Source of the DNA: Saccostrea echinata
Taxonomy: Eukaryota
DNA length: 64,000 nucleotides
NCBI RefSeq assembly: GCF_033153115.1
Contig: NW_026889795.1
Location: 11,222,001-11,286,000, forward strand
Reading direction: 5' to 3'
In this document: positions 12,250 to 24,243 of the stretch, in pieces
Numbering within the stretch: position 1 is the first letter of the stretch
How the letters are laid out: each line of letters starts with the position of its first letter
The notes under the pieces: generated by a model
Database searches by the model: none
What the model saw: the letters and a program-made list of their open reading frames with translations, nothing else
What the model was told of the DNA's origin: nothing
Translations under genes and position numbers: made by a program

Positions 12250-15200
12250 TCAAGTCAATAAAAGAGACATAAACTCGCTTAGAAAAATGTACAGATGGCG
12301 AGCACAAGTCATGTCAGTTATGTTGACTGGGAAAGGCAAATTATAATGGCTCAATATAAATGAGGCTACGGAAGCAAAATCCTCGTCAATCTCCTTGAAA
12401 TTATTTCTGACAAGTCTCTGTAACTCAGTCACAACGTTTCTCTGAACAGGATGTAAGTAGTTTGAAGCACCTGAAAAATGAGCAAAATAATTAAGATTGT
12501 TGGAGCTAAAACAGTTGTGAAATATTTTATAACACATGCATATGATACATTTTCAATCATTTTTGTGTGCTTTTGGTACATAAAGATGAGAAACCAATGA
12601 ATATACAATGAATACCTGTCATGTATGTGCTTCCTTTTCTATAACATTTAGCAGAGAGTAGCATCTGCTAAATCTTGTATATAGCTAAATGTTTTCATGT
12701 ATATATTTAAAATAAGCATTTCCTGGAATGTGCTAAATTAATTCTACACTTGCATAGTAAACTAGAAGTGTTTGTGAAACACTGATGCCACAGATAATTT
12801 TACTGGTTTAGCTAATAATTTACTCATACCAACAACTTCAGGATTTTGAAACAATACTTCTGGAATTCCATGCAGGGTATCTCCCAGCTTCTGTCTTCGT
12901 ATGGAATGAGTATTCCATTGGTCCATTATATCTTTTAGATCTCTCTTTATCAGTGGAAGATAAACAAATTGTATACAGGATCTAAAAAATGCAGTTGATA
13001 TATGTAAATATACCGGTATTTAGACTGTTAGTAGCAACAACTTTATTTGCAATTCATTTTTTGAAATAATAAGGTATGCAAGTGGCCCTGGACAAATCCT
13101 CTCATCTGAGTCATGCTGTCACATGAATATTCAAAAAGACTCCCTCCCATACTTGATCAATTTCAGTTATAAGGCTATATACCAAGGTACATGTACATGC
13201 TAACATACATGTAGGTGCACTAAGTCAGAGTGTTATTTTAGAAACTATAGTGTTGTTCTTCTAACATTCCCACAATGTAATAAGCGAAAATCAAAATTTC
13301 ATGTTCACATTGAATGTAGCTGTTGCAATGGCTCTTCCATTAATTGTTACTTAATACCCAAAGAATAATAGTTTTGAAATATGAGTCATGTTTGCAGGCA
13401 AGACTGGGAGTTATAAAATGTAAATATAAGCATTAATTGAATCACTATTTTTTAAAAAATGAAGTCTCATAAGTCCAACAGTGTGTGCAAACAAATTTTC
13501 ATAATGTGCTACCACAATTACAAGTTACTCTATTTGTTTACCATGTTTAAACACACTGTTGCAGTTAGGAGACTACATCTTTCAAGAAATAATAAATGAA
13601 TGCTTTAATATAGCAGTTTCTTTTCAAAGCATAAAAAATGCTACCATAATTTCTTTTGTAAGTACAAATGACATAATATTTTTATCCTCCATGTTACAGT
13701 CTATATTTTGTTACCATTTACAGAGATATAGACGACACTTTATTATCAATGACAGGGTATCATTCTTATCCAAGACAAAATAAATAGACATGTACATCTA
13801 ATATTTCTTTTCAAGGAGGTTCATCTGAACTCCTTTTTCATCTATACATACTTATGTAGAGGATTTCCTATTTCCAGCAGTTCTTCATACACCAATCCCT
13901 AATAATAAATTCCCAAGATATATTTTCGTATTTTTTTATATTTACTATGGCCATGCATATTACCATAAACGAAGTACATGCATAGTTAAAGCTGAACACG
14001 CTTCGTAAAAAGAATGTGTCCGACATATTCGATTGGAGTCGTGTTCAGCTTTAACACACTGTAAAATGTAACTTTTGTCAGTAAAATACTTGTTTTCCTA
14101 AATAAATTAAGAGAAACATTTTTGTAATATTTCAGATGTGGCAATAACTTACTTTGAAATGATCCATCCAGAAATCTGCTTTCATTTGCTTTAAAATGCC
14201 CCAAAATCTTTCAATTCTCTACAATTAATGTTTGTAAAAAACGTTATTAAAACTTGGACATATGATTTTCTTTCCAGAAAATGTTATCTGTGTGTGTTTT
14301 GGGGGTGTGGAGCTGTTTAAAACATGTACAATGCTAACCTGATTTGCAGTCGAAGTTCCAAAAGACACTGCACTTGGATCTGTCTTAAGAAATGTTTGGA
14401 ATGTTGCGATGATCCCATTTTCTGTGCCAGTATCAGCTCTTATCTTTTGAGGACAACCTTAAACAGACTATGATGTTATCAATATATGCCTTCCCTTCTA
14501 ATTCATAACAAGTATTTTGAAATTTTGGTGGCTTAATTTCAGAAATCAATTGACATTTCTTGCAGCACACTTGCAATTGTAACTTGTCATTAAACATAGT
14601 ACCAGGTGATTCTGTCACTATACCTTTCATAGTATGAACTGCATTCAGGAAGTATTCTGCTACAACCTCCGGTCTTTTATTAGTCACATCTGCTTCCAGC
14701 CATATCAACTGTCTGGAAAATCTTTCAAAATAAATTGAAAATACGGAAGTGGTACAATCTTAGAAAGACACTATATTTTTCTCTTATATATATGCAAAAT
14801 AAGAAATTAGATTTTATAGTTGAAAGTTTTCCATTTATGTGAATGTTGTTGATCCCATCAATAATTTAAAACAACATCTGCAATACAGCAGATTAAACAA
14901 ATAAATTCAAGTCTTTCTCATGAAAGTAAATATACCAGATTTTTAAAACCCTTAACTTACTAAAAAGTGTGATGGAAGAACATAATGGAAGGATGGAAAG
15001 ACAGAAGTTGGAAAGAGCAAAGTACGGAAGACAGACATGGCAAATGATATATGTTTTGGCCATATTCATGGTGGGGCATAAAAATGTCAGATATGAAATG
15101 CTTCTATTTGAACAAGACTAATCATCGGCAGTGGCAGATTTAGAGGGGGCCTGGGCCCCCCTTTTGTGTCAAAATATCCATAAGATTTAAGAAATCATAT

Positions 15201-18200
15201 TTTTTTGGGTGTGGCTGTGGGCCTCTACCCCAACCCCAAACTGGTCAGCACCCCCCCCCCCCCTTTTCCAAGATACCTGGATCCGCCACTGATTGGCTCT
15301 GCTGCTTTCCTTCAAAAGATTTTTTTTTTATATTTACCTACGGTAATATATTTTCCTATGTAAAACTTTGAATGATCCCCTATTGTTGTCCCACCATAAC
15401 CCTAGAGACAACTAGAGATAACAAGAAATCTGTGAGCCAGTGCTCACTAATAATACCCCTGCTCTGTTGTGAATACACAAGTTCAGTTATGGACAGACAC
15501 AGTAATAATCAGGAAATTGACATCGATTTGTACAAAAATGATTCGCAACATAAAGCATGCCTAAACAATGAGTGAGTTAAAATTTCAAGCATCTGCGATG
15601 AGAAGTTGCTGAGAAAACTGCGACCAAAATTTCTTATGTATTGTACGGACAGATGCACGGATAAACAAGAAGTTGACATCAGATTCGTATAAAAATGAAT
15701 CCCACCACATGGCATGCCTAAACAAAGAGTGTGCTAAATTTTCAAGCAGCTGCAATGAGTAGTTGCTGAGAAAACTGCGACCAAAATTTGTTACGGACAG
15801 ACAGACAGAAGGACAGACACACAAGGGTAAAACAGTATACCCCCCTCTCCTTTGGAATGGGGGTATAATAATTGAAAAAAAAAATGAATATACACTATGT
15901 CCAGAAACTTTTACATCTGGTCCAGTGGTTCTTGAGAGGAAGTTTTTTTTTTTTAATTCACTATATTTTCAACTAATCCTTGTACAAGAGCATGGTTCAT
16001 CTGGAAGAAAAAAAAACCCTCACCCAAGGATGCTTTGTGGCAAGTCTGGTTAAAATTGGTCCAGGGTTCTGAGAAATATGAAATGCTAAATGCATACTGA
16101 CAGACAAGCAGACAGATGGACAGAATTCAATTAGAAAACCACATTTGAGCTTTTAAAAAAATATAATTTAAAATTTTGATGGTTTCTTTTTGTATCTACA
16201 TGTAAGTAAAATATTTGATTTCAGAAATTATTATACTTTTATGAGAAATCCATGTAGAACTAACATTAAATCAAACCACGCCAAAAAATCTTTTTAATTG
16301 AAAAGGAAATGCTTCAAAAACAATATGTCCACAATTATACAGTCCAAAAGAATATTTAAAGTTTTAGACATGAAACTACGAAAATCACATGAAATTACTT
16401 TTTTTTTTTTTTTTAAAAAATAACTTAACATATTGTATTTGAATACATTGATCATTAGTGTGGAATGTTTAAATTAATCAAACAAAACAACAAATCATAC
16501 CCATCAATGCAACCATGAATGCTTATACCATATGGCTTTAGTTTGTCATAACCATCTATAAATGCAGTTTCATGTTTGGAATTACAGTTTAATTTCTGCT
16601 TGCAGGTGTCTCATAAGAAGTTAAGACATTTGATATATTTGTTTAATTTTAAAGCATTTCAAACCTATTTCAAATATCTTTTCTTGACATGACTGACATT
16701 TAGGACAGATATCTACTATAAAATAAATGATATGTTTGTGAAACACTGATGCCCCAATCTCAACCAAGCCTTGGAGTGTCCATCCTTAGAAGCATCATCC
16801 ATGCTAATTTAGTTAAAGTATGGCTAAAATTCACTCATCTGGAAAATATAGGGCAAATCCAGCATTTGAAGCAGAAAGGATGGTGTACATCCCAGCATCA
16901 TCCATGCAAGTTTGATCCAAGTAGGGCTTATAGTAACATGGACATGTATAGGAATGAAGCTGCTTCAAAAACATTAACCTGGTCAATCATCTGAAAAATG
17001 TAAGTAAGATCCAGCATCTGAAGCAAGTCTGGTAGTGTCCATCCCTAGATGCATCATTCCTGCAAGTTTGGTCCAGGTAGGGCTTATAGTTTCCAAATGG
17101 ACTTGCTCCTAACACTTTTACAGGGATGTGACGCTAACACCCACACCAACAGTATAGCATAAGCTCATCTCGACATCATCGGGGTGAGCTAAAAATAAAT
17201 TACACAACCTACTTTTCATCTTATCAAATTGTAAAAGTTACATAAATAAATAAATAACAGGATTGATTTTGACTCTTCATTCATGAACCAAAAGAAGGCA
17301 ATATTACACTTACCCAAATGCCAAACAAAATTTGGACCCTATAAATACACATTGTACAAATAAGTCCCTGACTTTCATATTCTGTACAGCAGGAAATTAG
17401 CTCGTGGAAACAATATTTGCAGAAATAAGAACCCCTCAATATCATATAGTGAATAATTCTTTTAAAAAATGATAAATTGAAATATTACCATTATCTGTGG
17501 TTAGATTCTTTAATTCTCTCTGTGTTTCATTGCAAACATAAAAGCAGTAATTAATAAAAGCAGAGAAACTGATGTAGACCGTCTTGCTAATAATGAAGGT
17601 TTATGGATCAATTTAATCACTTAATACATGTAGTTGTTTGTGATTTTGAAGCTTAATTTAATTAATAATTAATTAATAAATATAATTCTATAACTTAATA
17701 GTCCACCAAAAAGACGTGCAAGGTAATTATCCACGAAACACACAGAGTTAACCTTTACATGTGCTTATTACTTATTCTTATTACCTTTAATCGAGGCACT
17801 TACCTAGTAAAAACAAAGGTTACACATTGATTTAGTTATACTAACAGTTCAACATAACTACTAATAGAAGGGAAAGGAAAAAAAAAAACAAGGGAAAAAA
17901 ATTAAAATCATCAGGATGCGTGACAACGCTTTGACTTCAAATTGGTATTGATCTGATATTTCGTTATATTTAATCGGGTTCAGAAACGACATGACATAAT
18001 ACGCAAGGAAAATACATGCAGTGCTGAATTAATAACATTTCCTTTCTGCAAATTCAAACAACCCTGATTTACTAGAAATTTAAAAAATTGCGATTTTAAC
18101 CTGCTGTACAGTACATGTACAAGGTATATTTTACTTTTATTCTTGCATAATTATTTTTCAAGCTTTGAAGTGTTGAATTTTGTCACATTTATGAAATTAA

Positions 18201-20478
18201 TACATTAATAAATACTGAGATGATCAATGTTTCATAATTTTTCTTTCAGTCTTCGGTCTATACCTTACTAAAGTATTGCCTTCTTCTCAGTCTTCTCTGC
18301 TTCCTTCTCTTTATCCCATCTTCATCCAAAAGACGAACTATATCTCTTGCTATGGACCTGTATCATTAAACATTTATTTCATTTAATGTATCAAAATTTT
18401 ACAATTATTGTCTATTTTTGAGGGCAAATATTATAACTTTTAAGCCCAAGAGAACCACCACCAACCAAGGCTCAGCCATGCAGTCTTAACAATGGTTTTT
18501 TAAGGGTGAAATTTTTCAATACAACTCTCATTGAAAGACCAAAATATTTGTTATACCCGGGTATTTTACTGAATGGTTCATGAAATATAATTATACATGC
18601 TTATAGATTCCATGCAGTCAGCAATTTTTGGGAACATGACTCATCATTTTTAATGCTAACTGTTGCTACATTCTGTTGCATTGGATGGGCATGGTTTAAT
18701 CAGTCATTGGAATATAGTGTTTTTATCAAATGTTTCTCAATGAATCAGATTCAACTAATTTACATGAAAGTATAACATCAAAATATTTGCATGTTTGGAT
18801 GTATTTAATCATGGATGGAGGAATGGACTGACTTTGATTATATACTTACCTGGTAATATTCAGCTGGTGTTTCATTTTTATAATTCTTCTTAGACTTTCA
18901 GCACCTGAACATCCATTCAGTATTTCTTTCTACAGAATATTGTAAATTGCATGTATAAGGTTTGCTCTATATAACTTTATGTGTATTTTAATTAATATAT
19001 GCAAGTTTTAGCATAATTTTCCGAATTTAATAGTACACTTTTTCTCCTTAAATACATGTACATGTGTAATGTATGTAATTTTAAATTTTGGCAACATTGA
19101 TGATTTAGAGCTGAAAAGACATCAGGGATATGAATTCCACTAAAATATGTCAAATTCCACACATCTTTCATACATATACATCCAACAAATAAGTTAATCA
19201 TTGTGTTCTAAACTTTCATTGAAGAATTACCGGGTACTTAATAACAGTTAAAAGAACAGAAATATTTAACATGCACGTGCACCTTTATATTTATGAATTT
19301 TCTAAGAAATAAAATTATTACCTGTGCAATATCAAATATTTCATCTAGAGCAATGTCTGCAAGCCTCCTTTTCAAACCAAGTCTAGGTAGAACTTTTCTT
19401 GTTAGGCAATTATAACTGCAAAATTTTTAATCACATCGAAGCATCATCATTGAATGACAATTTATGTATTTGATTAAAAGTCATGATACATTACTAAGAC
19501 TTCCAAAAATATTTTTTTTTAAATTTTGTATTATAATACCTTATGTCACAGTTATGGTTTCTCTGGATCAAATAATGGATTAAACGGTAGTTAAAACCCT
19601 TATAAAACAATTCTTTTATCTTTTCAAGTATATCTAAAAGAGAAAAAGAAACCTTTTAGCATAAAGTACTGATCATTTTATTATATAATCTACAGTTCAG
19701 CTTATACAAGAACATGATCTAGAGGATTTTCCCGATTTTCCCCAGAATAATGAAGTTTAACTGTATATCAAAACAAAACATTGCAAATGTCCATTATTCA
19801 TAAGATATACACTGCTGATCAGACTAAAGACAATGCTGAAAAGGAACAGCTTATTCTGATAAAGCAAAAAACAGCAGAACAGTAATTTTGAGCCAGGCTC
19901 ATTGCTCTACTCTTAGAGCAATAATTGCCTTTTTGTCAGGGTGTTCAACTGGATATGCTGCTTCCTCACTGCCAAATAAAATTTACAAGTTAAAAAAAAA
20001 GTATGTATATGCTCAGACGCTTTTGAGACAATACAACACTAAAATTAAACAAAGTAAAGTAAACTGATAAATTTTCTTAACAAACAAAATTAATGGTAAT
20101 GTACTTTGGTTTCTCACATGTGCCATGATGTACTACGATTTATTAATATGGTTTTAAAAGATGCATGTATGCAAAAAGTTTTCATCCAGTCCCCCTCAGT
20201 GTCTGTAGCACATACTAAAAATAAAGGTAGCATAACCAGGATAACACTAATGCAGGGAGCACGCGACCTGTGGTACACTTTGATGCAGAACTTCCCACTG
20301 AGCACTCATCTGAGCATAAACGTTTGTCCTTGCTGCATCAATGTTTATTTTTGTACATGGTGTAAGACCCCAGAACGATCCATGTGATAAATTCAATGTT
20401 CACTATTCTGTAAATGAGCTCTGCTCTCTATACTTCTGAGTACTTTGATTTTAAATATCACTTACCTTGTCTAATCAT
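12250..20478 (-). CDS. 13-exon DDE transposase, 385 aa, IS3/IS481-like integrase core with a probable helical N-terminal DNA-binding region (IS3EU type)
   Basis: Exons: 20478-20466, 19633-19540, 19415-19322, 18929-18850, 18357-18264, 17338-17314, 16555-16501, 14721-14624, 14457-14339, 14218-14153, 13898-13852, 12981-12830, 12470-12250. All introns are GT-AG and phase-compatible; total 1158 nt with no internal stop. Motifs: RRLRRRQYFSKGPNFVWHLDGYDKLKPYGISIHGCIDGFSRQLIWL, KIRADTGTENG, GTSTANQRIERFW, QWNTHSIR, HGIPEVLFQNPE. The 13-nt first coding exon is the least certain. Confidence 0.9.
15128..15291. mobile_element. Short hAT-like MITE; similar G/C-run MITEs at ~2983-3143 and ~11073-11310
   Basis: CAGTGGCAGATT ... 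GGATCCGCCACTG inverted ends with internal C/G runs. Confidence 0.45.
15420..15870 (+). mobile_element. HINE-like element in transposase intron 7 (mirror copy ~39735-40175)
   Basis: ACAAGAAATCTGTGAGCC start, two ~157-bp units, GACA microsatellite, terminal ATACCCCC..GGGGGTAT hairpin. Confidence 0.65.
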
Positions 20479-21940
20479 CTTCACTTCAGCTTATAATCTT
20501 TGTAAAACTACAGATAAGGAATGCAATACATATAACACCCAGTTCACTTCAACAGTATATAACTAAATATACGTTTACAATGTTAATGATAAGAAACTCC
20601 TTATACCATATGCTTTACTCTCAGGGTCATTCAGGGTTGCAAATAATCATTAGCCCACTCTCAAAATTTAAGTGTTTTGTCTGAAGGTAAGGGTTGATAT
20701 TTTCCTGGAAAATTCACTAGCACAAGGGTTACTGATCATTAAAAATTTCTAGCCCAAACCTCAAACTAACTAGCCCAACAATTTTTTAATGCAAAATAAA
20801 TTAAAACACAACAAAAGTAAATGTTTCAAATGCTTTGGTAACAGAAACAAATTAAAACTAGTTTTCAGTCAAAAGAAACCAGTTTACATACATAGAAAAC
20901 AGAAATAAAGTCACAAGAATATTTTCTGGTCTGCTAGTCTGGCAGACTATAGTTACATTTAAATTAGCTAGCCCTTGAAGTCTTAAAACAATTAGCCCCA
21001 GACTTTGGCTACCAATTTCAACCCCTGTTGAAGGCTTCAAACTCTTCAGGATGTTATTGCCCACATAGCAAGTAAAAATCTTATTGGAACTTCAAAACAT
21101 ACTGAATCGTGTCATCATTACAAATATCTTAGATTACAAAAACCAAGTGGAAATTTCAAACAAGAGGTATCTAACACCACAGAAAAACAATAGGGCATAG
21201 CTTTTTGGATTATGATAAAAGAGGATCCAAAACTTTTTCTAATCGAAATTGTGGAAATTAATTAAAAATGGAATTTGATTTGAAGTAAAGCAGTATGCAT
21301 AAAGAGTTTGTTTCTCTTTTCTTTATAATTGTTTTCAACCTTTTATTTACATTAATGTGGGCCCCAAAGCAACAATACAGGCTAGTAAAACTCGTGAAGT
21401 TAGGATCCTACATGACTTCTATACTTTCAGACAAGCAATATCAGTCTTAAAAGACAAGTGTAAAAAGTCATACCTTGTGGGCAATGACACCTTTGTGAGG
21501 AGCAACCGTGAGAGAATTAAATCACGCGCATGAAAGAAATTCACGCGCACATGTCTGAATTTCAAAAGTGCGAGGGAAAAATTCGCGAAAAAGAATAAAT
21601 ATACACATGCAACTTATTTGGAACTCACCAGGATTTTGACAAAAAGGTTGCATAATGTGTGATAAAAAATTTATCAAATCATATTCCCTCTTGCATAGTC
21701 AGCTTAAGAGTTACACAGAGCTCATTTTGTTATATTCCGAATACATACAAAACCTAGTCTTTAAATCAAATTTACTTACTTTTGCATGTTGCAAAGACAT
21801 TCTTTCAATACTTTTGCAATATGTACATCAACAAGAAAGTTTTTCTGTCAAAATTCACATTTTGTCATTAGAAAAGCACAAATAATGAACTTGTACTAAA
21901 TAACTAACTACTTAACATGCTAAACTAGGCTAGGGTTTCA

Positions 21941-22910
21941 TTCCCTGACGAGAAAATTCGAACTAGGGGCCGTTGCAGAAGAAAGTTAGGTTTGAAAGTT
22001 CTACACCAGTATACCTTAACATTTAAGTTTGAAAGTTCTGTTCAGTTTAACATTTAAGCTTAAAACATTGCTGGTGTGGCGTTTACTTCTTACCGTGTTT
22101 GTCCTTGCTTGTAACTTTTGTTGTCGAAGACTGAGATCACTGTCACTTCAACAGTAAAATCAACTGAACCCACATGTAAGGATCTCTCTCACATAGACGC
22201 TTGGTATCCGTCACGCTAGAAATAATATTTCTTCACGCTCAAGATAATATTTCCTTCACGCTTCAAATAATGTGTGCAAATCTCTCTCACATTAACGCTT
22301 GTAGCCGTCACGCTAGAAATAATATTTCTCCACGCTCAAGATAATATTTCCTTCACGCTTCAAATAATGTGTAGTCTGTCACAATAATAATCGTGTCTCC
22401 CAGCGTTTCAACATAATTATTGTTTCAACAAGGGAGAGTTCTCGTTCCTGTCACTAGAAAAGAAGTTATCTTTCCCGATGAGAAATAAAAATAAAGTTTC
22501 TACGAACAATTAAGGCGCACATTATTATTGTTGCAAATATGGTGTGTGGTTTTTTTTTTTTTAACGTGCATACATTTTTATTTCCATGAAAATGGCTTCT
22601 TTTTTTTTCTTTTTTTTTAAATTTTCAAACAGTAGTTGTTACATGTATGCCTTCTTATAAATCGTTGAAGTAAACGTAATACAGCTGTAATATGAATCTA
22701 TAATCTTGGTGCTAAATAAAAAATAATGTACACATCGACCGACAAGATGATAATTATTGCTGTTGGCAAGATTATAGTTGTGAAACAAAACATCAGAGGA
22801 TAAAATTATTATTATTATTGGGCTAAATAAAGATAATTTGTACACACATTATGGTAGTATAGTATGGAAACGTGATAATTGTAATTTTTGCGGGGAAATA
22901 TAATAATATG

Positions 22911-22960
<50 letters not shown>

Positions 22961-23163
22961 ATTTTTTTTTTTATTAATTTTTGGTACAATTATAAATATA
23001 TAGGAATAATAATAATGTGGAGGTACCCAAATTATTATTGTTGCAGAAAAATAATAATGTTGTAAAAAAGCAAGTTTTTTGTTTTTGTATGAGATCATTA
23101 TTTTTGGTATAATTATATAGGAAAAAATAATAATAATGTGGGGGTACCCTACGGCTTTCCATA
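21941..23163. repeat. Complete ~1.2-kb TIR of copy 1
   Basis: Matches 61660-62729 in direct orientation from TCCCTGACGAGAAAATTCGAA to CTTTCCATA, and matches 23164-24243 inverted. Confidence 0.88.
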
Positions 23164-23227
23164 CCTCCACATTATTATTATTCCTATATTCTTATAATTA
23201 TACCACAAATTAATAAAAAAAAATAAT

Positions 23228-23273
<46 letters not shown>

Positions 23274-24243
23274 ATATTATTATATTTCCCCGCAAAAATT
23301 ACAATTATCACGTTTCCATACTATACTTCCATAATATGTGTACAAATTATCTTTATTTAGCCCAATAATAATAATAATTTTATCCTCTGATGTTTTGTTT
23401 CACAACTATAATCTTGCCAACAGCAATAATTATCATCTTGTCGGTCGATGTGTACATTATTTTTTATTTAGCACCAAGATTATAGATTCATATTACAGCT
23501 GTATTACGTTTACTTCAACGATTTATAAGAAGGCATACATGTAACAACTACTGTTTGAAAATTTAAAAAAAAAGAAAAAAAAAAGAAGCCATTTTCATGG
23601 AAATAAAAATGTATGCACGTTAAAAAAAAAAAACCCACACACCATATTTGCAACAATAATAATGTGCGCCTTAATTGTTCGTAGAAACTTTATTTTTATT
23701 TCTCATCGGGAAAGATAACTTCTTTTCTAGTGACAGGAACGAGAACTCTCCTTTGTTGAAACAATAATTATGTTGAAACGCTGGGAGACACGATTATTAT
23801 TGTGACAGACTACACATTATTTGAAGCGTGAAGGAAATATTATCTTGAGCGTGGAGAAATATTATTTCTAGCGTGACGGCTACAAGCGTTAATGTGAGAG
23901 AGATTTGCACACATTATTTGAAGCGTGAAGGAAATATTATCTTGAGCGTGAAGAAATATTATTTCTAGCGTGACGGATACCAAGCGTCTATGTGAGAGAG
24001 ATCCTTACATGTGGGTTCAGTTGATTTTACTGTTGAAGTGACAGTGATCTCAGTCTTCGACAACAAAAGTTACAAGCAAGGACAAACACGGTAAGAAGTA
24101 AACGCCACACCAGCAATGTTTTAAGCTTAAATGTTAAACTGAACAGAACTTTCAAACTTAAATGTTAAGGTATACTGGTGTAGAACTTTCAAACCTAACT
24201 TTCTTCTGCAACGGCCCCTAGTTCGAATTTTCTCGTCAGGGAA
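23164..24243. repeat. Left TIR of copy 2, missing the outer ~140 bp
   Basis: Reverse complement of 21941-23022; begins CCTCCACATTATTATTATTCCTATA. Confidence 0.85.

Larger units (their letters stand above)
1..23163 (-). mobile_element. Giant IS3EU-like DNA transposon, copy 1 (inverted, cut by the window start); transposase and BTB ORFs intact
   Basis: 1-~20770 is the reverse complement of ~34859-54407, and ~20750-23024 is the reverse complement of ~23162-25433. It ends in the same terminal sequence ...GGGGTACCCTACGGCTTTCCATA at 23163 as seen at 62729. Confidence 0.8.
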
